A stretch of 64,000 nt of DNA from Lytechinus pictus (taxonomy: Eukaryota), in the NCBI RefSeq assembly GCF_037042905.1, contig NW_026974140.1, positions 1,552,001 to 1,616,000 of the forward strand, read 5' to 3'. Made by a program: the position numbers and the translations under genes. Positions within the stretch are counted from its first letter, which is position 1; each line of letters starts with the position of its first letter. The notes beneath the pieces were generated by a model that was not told the DNA's origin, searched no databases, and saw only the letters and a list, made by a program, of their open reading frames with translations. Shown here in pieces: positions 39,093-51,723 of the stretch.

Positions 39093-39655
39093 GTACTGTT
39101 AATGACTTTTCTTCATAAAGGCATTTTCAGTAGGCCTTGGAGTTAAACTCATACACTCTATGCATTTACCAACAACCCGTCACCGAACACCAGGGGTAGT
39201 ACTTTTTACACCAATCAAATATTTGCCAGACGTTGATTCCTTATTTATAACACATTCAGTTATCAAAGTGCATGGCTATAATCCTTGATATTTATCCTTG
39301 ATGTCAAATGTAACTTACTTGTGATTTCCAATAATCCAGGTATCTCGATTGTTTGATTGTTTACCATGGCAAACAATTGAATTACAAGTAGGTTATTCGC
39401 CCCAGGCCATTTTTCACGAATCAATTCCTTTCAAATAATGTGCTGATGTGGATATACGAGTAATCATAGTTTTGTCAGGAGCCCATTGCTGAGTGATAAC
39501 ACCTAAAATATAGATTATGCATTTTTCTTTATACTGTACTATGTGAAACACAGCCTGGGTCTATTATTGGCGGTGTCAAACACCCCTGAATACTAATTTC
39601 TAAAGTAAAAATGGAAATCATTTATTCATTGATCTTTCCATCTTATATCTTACAG

Positions 39656-39726
39656 AAAGGGGATGTCTGTACAAGTTTGACATTTCTACTCTCAGTGGAG
39701 ATCTAGGTAACCCTTGTCCTCTGAAT
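39656..39726 (+). CDS. Semaphorin-like gene, exon f
   Basis: ttacag|...|gtaagt; ERGCLYKFDISTLSGDLGNPCPLN (G.V.K motif); phases 1/0 fit. Confidence 0.8.
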
Positions 39727-40419
39727 GTAAGTTTATTTGGAGCTCTATCTTGTTTGATAATGGAGTCATTCAAGATGAATACATGGCATTATTTCTCTAA
39801 AGTCCCAGTTCACAAGATCACTCTATTTTCATGTTATATACAGTAGTGTTGAGGCTTGTTCAAAAAATTTTCATTGATTTTAGAGGAACTTGAAAAAAAT
39901 GTCTTTCACTTGAGGGTCAAAGGGAAGATGCAAACGTTTTGTTATACAGCTGGTTGATCTTGAATACAGACCCTGTTTTATTCTCTTCCTGTTAATGTAT
40001 ACAATATAATTGAAAATTTTCATCATTATTTCTTTCTTCTTTTCCTTCTCTTTTCCCTCTCTGTTCCCTTTTATTCTTCTCCTCTTCCTCTTTTTCCTCT
40101 TCTTCAAATGTGTGTTTCCTTGTCAGCATCAAACCATAACCAATTTTCAGACTTGAAATGTTATAAATAGTAAGGGCTTATTTTATGTAACTTGGACATG
40201 AGGTTATCAAGTTGGATTTTAGGTCACATACAGTGTAATAAAAGGTTATTGGATTCAATAAAGTTTGACCATGTTCCGGTATCAACATAAAAACTTTAGC
40301 TTGTGTTAACTTGTTATTAAATCAAGGTCAAGGTAATTTGAGGTCAGTGATTTTTTTATTGATATTTTTTCCTCTTTGTTTTCTCATCCAATAAAATCAC
40401 ATATATATTTATATTACTC

Positions 40420-43400
40420 TTTGTCCCACTTGCATAGCAGAGCGCGACTAGAGGCGCCGCTTTTCTGACGGTGACCGCAGCATTGTCAACATTGAAATCT
40501 TAACCAAGGTTAAGTTTTTAAAATGTCATTGTAACTTAGAAAGTACATGTATATTGACCTAGTTCATGAAACTTGGACATAAGGGTAATCAAGTATCACT
40601 GGTTATCCTGCTTGAGTTTCAGGTCACATGACCCAGGTCATTTAGGGTCAATGAACTTAGACCATGTTTGGGGAATCAATATGGAAATCTTTACCAGCTT
40701 ACAAAGTCTCTGAAATGTCATAACTTTGAAAGTACATGGACCTAGTTCATGAAATTTATACATGAGAGTCATCAAGAATCACTGATAATCTAGCATGAGT
40801 CTTTGGTCACATGGTCGAGGTCAAAGGTCATTTAGGGTCAATGATCCTATTATTTCATTAGCCCTTGGATTGTTAAATTCTATTATTCAAAGGTTAAAGT
40901 GAAAAAAAATACAAGTCATTGATATTTCAATATAAAAAGGTCATTACTGTAGCAGGGTGTTTCATAATGCTGTTCACTGAACATCCTGTGCAAGTTTCAG
41001 GTCATATGCTCAAGGTCAAAGGTCATGTAAGGTCAATGAACTTTGGCCACGTTGGGGGTATTTGTTGAATTACCATCATAACTTTGACAGTTTATGGATC
41101 TGACTCGTGAAACTTGGACATAAGAGTAATCAAGTATCGGGTGATTCCATACGTGTCGTACGGGACATTTAGAGAACATTTGACAGTTTTTTGACAAGAA
41201 AAACAAAAAATATTCCAGTAACTAAAGGTGATCATCAAGTACTACCAGAGTGTTAGAAACCAAGACTTAACATGACTTGAATTCACATCCTGTATTATAC
41301 AGAATTAAAATAGTAATGTGTCGTACGGACGCAGAAAAAGTGGCTTTTTTCAAAACCTCAAGTTTGTCCACTAAAGTCTGTGAGTTGGATAGATAATTTT
41401 CATAGAAACTGAACTCAAATTGATATTCAATTACCCAAGAACAAACACATCTATGAAAGAAAGCAAAATAAACATTCATGAATAAATAAAGCAAATTACA
41501 ATTTTCGAGAACATTGAGGCGTACGGGACACTCAAAATGTGTCGTATGGGACATCTCTAAATTGAAGCCTAACTTTCTTACTTTATGTCTCTTTGACTTC
41601 TTCAATCAATTTATTTGGCTGATGATAATGATAGTCCTATCAAACTAAAGACATTCATTATGTTAGAAACCGCAGTCGGCTGAATATTTCTGTTAATATA
41701 TCATAAACAAAATAATGTGTCGTACGGGACACTTGTGTGTCGTACAGGACACTTGTGTGTCGTACGGGACACTTTTGTGTCGTACGGGACACTAGTATGT
41801 TGTACATGTACAGGCACTTGCGTGTTGTACTGGGCAGTCCAAATAAAACGATGAACTTTTATCAATCAGAAGGGGAGCATTGCCCCTAAATTCTACCTTT
41901 TTAATGAAAAGTCTTTTAATAAGTAGTCATTCAGGACAATATCATTAAGTAACCTCAATATATACAATCGGAAGCAATACATGTATGTTATCATTTTTTT
42001 CATGATGAGAAATGTACAAGGGTTCACAGCATTTTTACGAGCTGAAAAACTTGAGGTTTTGTGTGAAGTTATATTTTAGTGAATTAATTGATGATTTCCA
42101 ATTCATTATTTAAACAATGAATGAATGAAACTGTTTGTGTAAATTATGGGGCTAAAATGTTATATTTTTTCATATAAAGTGTATATATACATGATATATG
42201 TCACAACTGTCACTTGTAATTCCACAAAATATTTTTTTTCTAAAGAAATGCGGTTCTACTTTTTCAAACCTTTCTGCATTTCATGAAACCATATAGTTTG
42301 TCTTTTTTTCCAGATTTTTTTTTTTACAACTTGAAAAAAGTAAGGAGTTTCAATACTGTATATAAAAAAATTAGTGATCATCAAGGGAAGTCCAAATAGT
42401 TGATTGATATGTAATTTTTAAATTTTTTTACATCATATAATAATTTCACATTAGCATGCAAGAGGAAGTCATCTTCCAGGCTGGGATGAATCATTTATAA
42501 AGGTTTTCTTTTCATGCTCAGTGACAAAGAAATTAACCTGCTCTGACCAGTGAAAATCACCAATTTAGCTGAAGGGATTCACAAAAGAATACACCTACAT
42601 GAAAGCAATTAAAATGGTTAGAATCACCTATTTCATGTTTTATGGAGATAAAAAAGTATTTTTTCAGTTCATTTTATGTCAAATCAATTACTTGAATTAA
42701 AATAGGCCTACTATTTATAGTTTCTGAATCCAAATCCTGCAATTAAATGCATTATATATTGCGTGTCGTACAGGACATGCGACACACACTGTGTCGTCGT
42801 ACGGGAAAACTTTTAATAGGACAATTATTGAAAAATGAAGGGCAGAGATTAGATCCTTATGGGATAAATCGATCACCCACGGGTCAAAGAAAGAGAAACT
42901 GATATTGTGAAATTGCATCATCAAAAATAAAATTGTAGGAAAAACTTTTGCATATATATGTGTCGTACGGGACATTGCCAAAAATGGGTTCGGAAAAATC
43001 ATGGCTGTCCCTATTATGGATCATGAAAATGTTGTAAATATTATTGGGAACCATCAATGATACATTATTCCATTGACCTGCAATATTTACAATCTTCTTG
43101 TGCTTTACCAATAATCATTTCAGGCAGTGTTTGTACTTGACTATTTAATTAGCAAAATTATAGAAAATTGAAAATTCCATTGTTTCCCCCCCAAAAAACC
43201 ATACCCGACTTCACTTTTGGTTATAACTCATAATTTTCATAAAATTTAGGTATCACAGTAAAATATTACACTACTTATGACTTATTGAAAGCAATTTGAA
43301 ATTTATGATATTTTTGAAGTTCTAGTGTGGAATCGCCCTATCACTGAACATCCTGTACGAGTTTCAGGTCACATGATCAAGGTCAAAGGTCATGCAAGGT

Positions 43401-43612
43401 CAATGAACTCTGGCCATGTTGGGGGTACATGTATTTGTTGAATTACCATCATATCTCTGTAAGTGTATTGGTCTAGTTCATAAAACGTGGAAATAAGAGT
43501 AACCAAGTATCACTCAACATCTTGTGGGAGTTATAGTAGTTTTCAAAGTCAGCACTGCTGCCACATTGAATCGCGTGATGCAGGTGAGACTGCCAGAGGC
43601 ATTCCACTTGTT
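40420..43612 (+). mobile_element. HINE family A copy (possibly two fragments) interrupted by 41139-43338
   Basis: Degenerate 5' end at 40420, core units, canonical 3' end at 43612. Confidence 0.68.
41139..43338. mobile_element. Non-autonomous DNA transposon with 4-bp TSD (Sola2-like)
   Basis: TIR GGGTGATTCCATAC / GTGTGGAATCGCCC (12/14); TSD TATC at 41135-41138 and 43339-43342; removal restores the HINE unit CAAGTATCACTGAAC. Confidence 0.82.
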
Positions 43613-43726
43613 TTACAATATTTGTTATATTTGAAAATTATTGTTGTTCCTTTCCTGTTAAACCCAATAATTTCTATGTTTAATTATCAACATTGGTTTC
43701 TTTTCATTTCTTTTTCTGATGTTCAG

Positions 43727-43829
43727 GGTACTATTGAAGAGTCTCCAATTAAGGATTTGGAGATCCACAATGATGGCTATATGGTCACCACAACTGATAG
43801 TGCTTATGAATTGAGCTCATGTATTCCAT
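43727..43829 (+). CDS. Semaphorin-like gene, exon g (end of Sema domain)
   Basis: gttcag|...|gtatgt; GTIEESPIKDLEIHNDGYMVTTTDSAYELSSCIP resembles the last propeller blade; an alternative donor 9 nt upstream has the same phase. Confidence 0.78.
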
Positions 43830-44095
43830 GTATGTCTCATTTTCTACTTTTCACTATGGAGAAGGGGTAGGGGGATGAGGGAGAGATGAGGGGATGGGGA
43901 TGGGGATGACATGGCTGGAGTATGATTTGCTAAGTGATGCTCCATTTTAATTCAATACTGTAATAAATCTTTAAGGGAATGAATATAAAATCCTAATTGC
44001 CTTTTTAATATAATTTATGTTAAATCAATTTTCTATAGGCATATTAAAAATAACATTAGTGTAAGGAATGTTTTTGTAGTGTTGATTTATTCTAG

Positions 44096-47000
44096 GAGAT
44101 AGGGGGCTTTATTCAGAATTTTTGGTGGGGAAGGTTTGACAGGCCTATCCAGGGTAAAATTGTGTGCTGATTCCAAAAATGTCACTCTTATCGATTGTAC
44201 TCGTGCCATTCGGCCATTTTGGCCAATTTTTTACCCAAAATGACAATTTTGACCACTCTTTGGAAAATGGTCCCTCAACAGATTGCTTTTGTAGCCATAT
44301 CCAATTAAAAGGGTCTATTCTAAGTAAAAATGCACCCAGATTCCAGATAAAGTGGTTTCATTTGCCAAATCACAATAGAATAGGTCATTTTGGCCAAGTT
44401 TTGACCAAAAATGACCTTTTTCATGATTTTTTGGTCCAAAAGGTGTTACAAATATTGTTCAGAACTACGATTGGATGTCTTTAGAAATCCACATTTATTT
44501 TTAAAATGTGCGCTGGATCAAAACAATCAACCTCATGTAATTTATTCCATTAGTTTGACCTATGAGGGTCATTATGGTTACTTTAGACATAACTGACCAT
44601 TCGCGCAGTTTTGCATTATAAACTTTTCAAATATGCAGGAAATTGAGGTCTCCAGCATATTTCTTCTTCCCTTATTAAATGGGAATGCATTCATAGGTCT
44701 GTCTTGTGTAGAATTTTATGCTGATTCCAAATATATCAGTTTTAATGACCCTATTCAACAGCTTATGGTCATTTTGGCCACTTATGGCCCTCACAATGAC
44801 CAATAACATGAGTTCAACTTATCCAAAAATACTTCATTGTGACCAGAATCGTTAGCGGGTGTGCTGTGACACCTAACATTGGTGTATCAATCCTTTAAAT
44901 TGAACATCTCAAAAGTACTTTGACCTTATGTAATTTATTCCATCAGTTTTGACCTATGAGGGTAATTTTGGGTACTTTAGACATAACTGACCATTCGCGC
45001 AGTTTTGCAGACTATACTGTGAAAATTGCCAATTTGAGGTCTTCAGCGTGTTTTATCTTCTTCCCATATAATATGCGAATGCATTCAAAAGTCCATCTTG
45101 TGTAGATTTTATGCTGATTCCAAATATATCAGTCTTTAACAGCTTATGGTCATTTTGGCCACTTATGGCCCTCAAAATGACCAATAACATCAGTTTAATT
45201 TATCAAAAAATACTTCAATGTTACCAGAATCGTTACAAGGGTGTGCAGTGACACCTAAAATTGGTGTATATACTATTAATCCTTTAAATTGAACATCTCA
45301 AAAGTATTTTGACCTTATTATGTAATTTGTTCCATCAGTTTTTACCTACAGTATGAGGGTCATGTTGGGTACTTAAGACATAACTGACCTTTCGTGCAGT
45401 TTTTCATAATAAACTGAGCAAATAGGTAAGAATTTGAGGTCTTCAGTGTGTTTTATGCTCTTCCCTTATAAAATGGGAAATTATGCATTTAAAGGTCTAT
45501 CTTGTGTAGAATTTATGCTGATTCCAAATATATCACTCTTAATGACCCTATTTTAAAGCTTATGTTAATTTTGGCCAATTTTCGGCCCCCAAAATGACCA
45601 ATACCATGATATTTCAATTTATCCAAAAATACTTCAAATGTTACTAAATCGTTACAAGGTTGTGCTGTGACACCTACCTCTGGTGAATTAATCCTGAAAA
45701 TTGGGCATCCCAAAAGTATTTTGACCACCTTGGTAATTTTGGCCACGTTGACCCCTGTCCAATGTGTATACCAATGCAGCCTATAGCGAATATAGTGAGC
45801 AGACAATTCAGGATTGCGTTAATATTAGCATCAATTATAATAAATGGCAAAAGTTTGAAAGCTTTTGGGTATAAATCAATGCAATGATTCCATTTAAACC
45901 AGTGGTATTGGCCTAACTATTGGACCCTTTGTTCATTTTGATCACTTTTTCCTCAATAATGACTAGTGACCACACATTATTATATTGAAAAAGTGCTCAA
46001 ATGTTGCTTAATATCATTATCAGCGTGAGCTACGACACCAATAATCAAGAGTGTTGATAAATGTGATAAAAACCTTCACATCGAGTATACATGAGGTTCA
46101 TTTTTGTTTGACCATGCACTTTTGTCATTTTCATATGATTTTAGGCACATTGACCCCTTTGTAAATGTTCATGGAAACTTCAAATATAGTGGGCAGCAAA
46201 TTCAGGAATGAGATATTTTAGCAGCATTTAATATTAGAAAGGACATATTACAAAATTTTCTGAAGTAGATTAATAAAATGATTCCAAATATCATATATAT
46301 GTGTCTTTTGGGGTCATTTGGTCACTTTTGGTCCCTACAATTACCAATGGCAATTGTATGTATCAAAAGGATTCCAATGTTGTTGCTCTGTATATTTTGT
46401 AAGATGTACATGTATTATATCAATCATAATAAGTGACAAATTGTTTAATTAATATGATATCACTGATAATACATATTCAAAATGTGACAATTTTGGTCAT
46501 TTTGGCTACTTTGACTATGTATCCAATGTGTGAATTTTGAAATGAACATGACTGAGCAGCAATTGTAGGTCTATTGAAATGCGTTCAATCCCTTTTGATG
46601 GGAAATATTATTTTAAAGGCTCACCTTGAGTAAGAATTGTGACAAGTATCTTGTGACTGTCTACTGTGGCCCCTGTGATCACTGTATGATCCTAAATAGC
46701 CAGTATTATTTTCCTTCTTTAAAGTCAAATTAAACTGAGAATCATTACAAAGCAAAATTGGTCACAGTGTAATTCACTATTAAAGAGACCATCATTTATT
46801 TTGACCATCTAGACTTTTTTTGTACAATGCTTCACAAAACTCAAATGGGCATGATTGGTGAGAAGCAAATTTACCTTTAATTCTTTTGAAGAAGTACTGG
46901 GTAATAAAACACATTCTATATTAAATTATTGTTTGTGCCAATTTTTTTTGCCACTTTTTAACAATTTAGGGCAAGTTTTCCACTCTCAACTTGACCGATC

Positions 47001-49375
47001 ATGCAATTGTGAGGTTTGTGAAACATTATACAAATAGCGAAGTTAGTAAAAATGCATGATGGTCAAATCTATTCGTGGTATTCACTTTGACCAATTGCTT
47101 TGTAATGACACACGTTTGAATTGAGGGTTAGTGCCTTCCTCCAGAACATAGCACTCTGTATAATATAAATTTTAAAAGGGGGGATGATTTCATGGCTATT
47201 TAAGGACCATGCAGTGACCAGTTAGGCCACATCAGACAGTGGTGAGGTACGTGGCACAATTCTTACTCCAGGTGAGCTTATAATATTCCCAATCGAAAAA
47301 GATTGAACGCATTTCCATAATTGCTCCTCAGTCATTTATAAAAGTCATGCATTTGATAAATGGTCAAAGTGGCCAAAATGGCCAAAAACTATCACAACAT
47401 TTGTATTATGTACTATACATGTACATGTAAGTAATATTATATTGAAATCAATAAGTAATTTATCACTGATAATGATTGATATAATACATCTTATTAACAT
47501 TACAGAGCGACAACATCATTTGAATCCTTTTTGATACATGCAAATGTCATTGGTAATTGTCAGGACCAAAAGTGACCAAAATTACCACTAAAGACTGATA
47601 TATTTGGAATCATTGAATTAATCTACTTCAGAAAGTTAAGAAATAAGTATGTCCTAACATTGAATGATGCTAAAAATATCTCACTCCTGAATTTACTGCC
47701 CCATATAAGTGAAGTTTCCATAAACATTTACAATGTGGCTAAATCATGAAATTGACCTCAGTGCATGGTCAAACAACCTTATGTATGCTCGATGTAAAGG
47801 ATTTTATCACATTTATCCACACTCTTCACCAATTATTGGTAGCTCAGGCTGATAAGGATACTGACCAACATTTGAGCCCTTTTGCATCATCAAAGCATAT
47901 GTGGTCACTGGTCATTATTGAGCAAAAAGTTGTCAAAATGACCACAGGGTCCAATAGTTAGGCAAATACGGTAACACTGGTTCATGTGGAATTATTGCAT
48001 TGCTTTTCACCAAAAAGCTTTCACAATTTCCCCATTCAACATGATTGATGTTAATATTAACGCAATCCTGAATGTCTCCTCACCATGTTCGCTATAGGCT
48101 GAATTAACATTGGGCAGGGGTCAAGGTGGCCAAAATGACCAAGGTAGTCAAGATACTTTGTGAATGCTCAATTTCAAGGATTCATACACCAGTGTTAGGT
48201 GTCACAGCACACCCTTGTAACGACTCTGGTAACATTTGAAGTATTTTGGGATAAATTGAACGGAGGTTGTTGGTCAGTTGGGGGCCAAGAAGTGGCCAAA
48301 AATGATCATAAGCTGTTGAATAGGGTCATTAAGACTGATATATTTGGAACAGCATAAAATTCTGCACAAGATGGACTTTTGAATGCATTCCCATTTCATA
48401 AGTGAACAAGATAAAACACGCTGAAGTCCTCAAATTCCTACCAATTTGCACAGTTTAGTAAGCAAAACTGCGCGAATGGTCAGCTATGTCTTAAGTACCC
48501 AAAATGACCTCATACATGTAGGTCAAAACTGATGGAATAAGTTACTTTAAAATGTTTAATTTAAATGATTAATACACCAATGTTAGATTTTACAGCACAC
48601 CCTTGTAATGATTCTGGTAACATTGAAGTATTATTTGGATAAAATGAACTGATGTTATTGGTCATTTTGAGAGCCGTAGGTGGCCAAAATGACCATAAGC
48701 TGTTGAATACGGTCATTACGACTGATATATTTGGAATCAGCATAAAATTCTACACAAGATAGACCTTATAATGCATTTGCATTTGATAAGGGAAGAAGAT
48801 GAAATATGCTGAAGACTTCAATGATCTTATATTTGAACAGTTTATAAAGCAAAACTGCGCGAATGGTCAGTTATGTCTAAAGTACCCAAAATGACCCTCA
48901 TACATGTAGGTCAAAACTAATGGAACAAATTACATGAGGTTGATTGTTATGATCCAGCGCACATTTTAAAAATAAATGTGGACTTCTTAAGACATCCAAT
49001 CATAGTTCTGAACAATATTTGTAACACCTTTCGGACCGAAAAATCATGAAAAAGGTCATTTTTGGTCAAAACTTGGCCAAAATGACATATTCTATTGTGA
49101 TTTGGCAAATGAAACCACTTTATCTGGAATCTGGGTGCATTTTTACGTAGAATAGACCCTTTTAATTGGATGTGGCTACAAAAGCAATCTGTTGAGTGAC
49201 CATTTTCCAAAGTGTGGTCAAAATTGTCATTTTTGGTAAAAAATTTGCCAAAATGGTCAAAATGGCGTGAGTATGGTCAATAAGAGTGACATTTTTGGAA
49301 TCAGCACGCAATTTTACCCCGGATAAGCCTGTCAAACCTTCCCCACCAAAAATTCTGAATAAAGCCCCCTATCTC
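44096..49375. mobile_element. 5.3-kb foldback (almost wholly palindromic) DNA transposon
   Basis: GAGATAGGGGGCTTTATTCAGAATTTTTGGTGGGGAAGGTTTGACAGGC at left, perfect reverse complement at right; inverted homology traceable to a centre near 46920; CTAG (or TA) duplicated. Confidence 0.9.
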
Positions 49376-49645
49376 CTAGACTAATTGGGTTAAATCTGCT
49401 ATTCTTTCTTAGCATGAACTTGTCATGTCTGACAAAGAAAATAATAATTGAAAATGGCGACGTAATGTGAAACTGTTTTTCCATTCATGAAAAAAAAATA
49501 CAAATTACAAATACTAATTTAGCTCTCAAGATGTCCAATGCATAATCCTGCCATCACTTTTCTTTTTTCCAAACCATCTTGTCATCTCTTACAAAAAAAA
49601 GCACAATGCCTGTAATGTAAATTAGATTTCTATTCATCAAATTTA

Positions 49646-50362
49646 CCCTAAGTTGACCACCCACTCAACAAATTTTGTCACTACGCCGTCACGCAAAACT
49701 TTTTGACCGTGCCACTCACTGAATCTTTACTATCAAGTCTTGCGCATCTTTTTTGCAACACCCAGCTATGCGCTTTTGAAATTACGTAACATTTTATATT
49801 ATAGTGTATATCAGACCCAAAATTGCTCAAAAACGTGATTCCATGTACATGTACAAAGTCAATGCAATCGTGTTTTTCAACCAAACACCATAATTGTATG
49901 ATTATTTCTTACTTTTGTTGATTTGAATAGATTTATTTTATGCTATTTATGATCATAAGAAGCTCCTCGGCAAAGTTCATTGAAAAAACAAAGAAATACA
50001 TAAGAATTAACAATAAAATACATACATGTAGGAAATTAAGTGTTTTGGCAATTTTTTTGTTGGTAATTGTTACAGACGTAAACATTGATATTTTCACCAC
50101 AAATCAGCATTCTATTAGTTATATAAAGTGAGTTAAAAGCAAAAACATACACAAAAAACAAATTTTATATACTTTTTGCATGATTAATTGATAAAAGAAT
50201 ATAAACAAATAATTCTTTTAAAATTTAACCATATAGTCTTGTAGTTAACATCCACCTCTATGCATGTGCAAATTTTTTTGTGGTGATCACGCAATCAATC
50301 AAATTGACCCCCCATCCCCCCCTCAGTATATAGTGGTTTGAAATAGCCGAGTTACATTAGGG
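49646..50362. mobile_element. Degenerate piggyBac-like MITE related to 56252-56949, opposite orientation
   Basis: TTTA|CCCTAA ... TTAGGG|TTAA; shares CAAGTCTTGCGCA and AATTGCTCAAAAACGTGA with the 56-kb copy (reverse complement). Confidence 0.6.
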
Positions 50363-50735
50363 TTAAGCTCTAAATTTACATGTACATGTATATGGATTTA
50401 TATTAGACATCAAATTTATGTACATGAGTTTGCATCAATTTGTGATAATAAAACTCCTTAGTGGGTATCTCAGATATTAGACACATAAGAATATGTACTT
50501 GATATTAATGTGTGTCATTTTGTACATTGTATTGTAATTAGTAATTCTTTTCTTTTCATTACCATTTTTTTAAATCATATTGACTCACCAAGTGACCATT
50601 TCGGCTAAATCTGCAACGAGTCAGTTTTCTGATCAACTAACACGGGCATAGTGACTACTGTACAATTAATCCTGAATATGTATTGCATAGCTGTATTGAA
50701 TTACCTATAATTGCTCTCATTATCTCTCCTGTTAG

Positions 50736-51011
50736 ACTGTGTTACAGCAGTATTTCCACAACCTGGTGACTACGCTGTACGACCGAACTCTACCTTCAAC
50801 ATCTACGCTGAAAAAACATTCAACTCTATTACTATTACGAACATCACTAAAGGAGAGATCACTGATGGCAGTTATCTTCTCTTGAGAAATGAGACTTTGG
50901 ATGCTGATGATTCACTTGTCCACTATCAGATCCTGATTTTAGATGAAACCAATGTGATGATGACAGGATGCAATGGGACGAAAGAATTCAACATTTCCTT
51001 GATTCAGTCTG
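50736..51011 (+). CDS. Semaphorin-like gene, exon h (extracellular domain, possibly Ig-like beta sandwich)
   Basis: tgttag|...|gtatgt; symmetric phase 1-1 exon of 276 bp, open, with five N-x-S/T sequons (NST, NIT, NET, NGT, NIS). Confidence 0.72.
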
Positions 51012-51020
51012 GTATGTTAA

Positions 51021-51414
51021 AGATAAATGCCAGTTGTGGTAACGATTTCAAAATGAGTTCGTACAGAATCCAATGAAATGACCACTAAAGTGTCTGTTTG
51101 TATAAATAGAAAATATGTGCCAAAGGATTCTGGAAGAAATTGTGTAATTGCTGAGAAATTAGCAAATAAGCATGGGATTCGGATCAAACGTCGGGCCGAC
51201 ATTCAAAGCAATAATAATACACTGTCCCATGTGCGCTTATCTGTGTTGGTGATCTTCAGTGTGAACATTTTTCAGCGTAGATTTCAAGATTTCACAAATT
51301 TCAGTTTATGTTACTGTACCAGATCTAGATCCTCGATGATATAATGACAATTAAGCCTGGTTTTACAGACTTTCTCGTGAAATCAGTGTTTACTGCAACT
51401 ACTTTCATTTATCT
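51021..51414. mobile_element. Kolobok-like MITE, second family
   Basis: TTAA TSD (51017-51020, 51415-51418); TIR AGATAAATG / CATTTATCT with further imperfect pairing. Confidence 0.72.
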
Positions 51415-51723
51415 TTAATATCATTTTTTCTCTAAGAGGTTTTTGCATTTCCCGTTTTATTTACTTCAATAACTGGGATTCATATGCTTATTCATTCAGA
51501 TGAATGCCTAAACCAAAGACAACACACACAAAATTCCTTGCGCGGTGATCCATATCCCTGACCCGAGCATTACGCCCAGTCGACCAATCACAGCCATGTC
51601 ACTTCCTCTTTTCACTTCGTGTCTTCACCAGCTTAAGACATCCGAAGCTAAGTCTCTCTCCAACATTAGAATTTTAATGTTTGGAGACTTCTTTTATTGG
51701 CTTCTTGTTGTTTATATGGCTCA

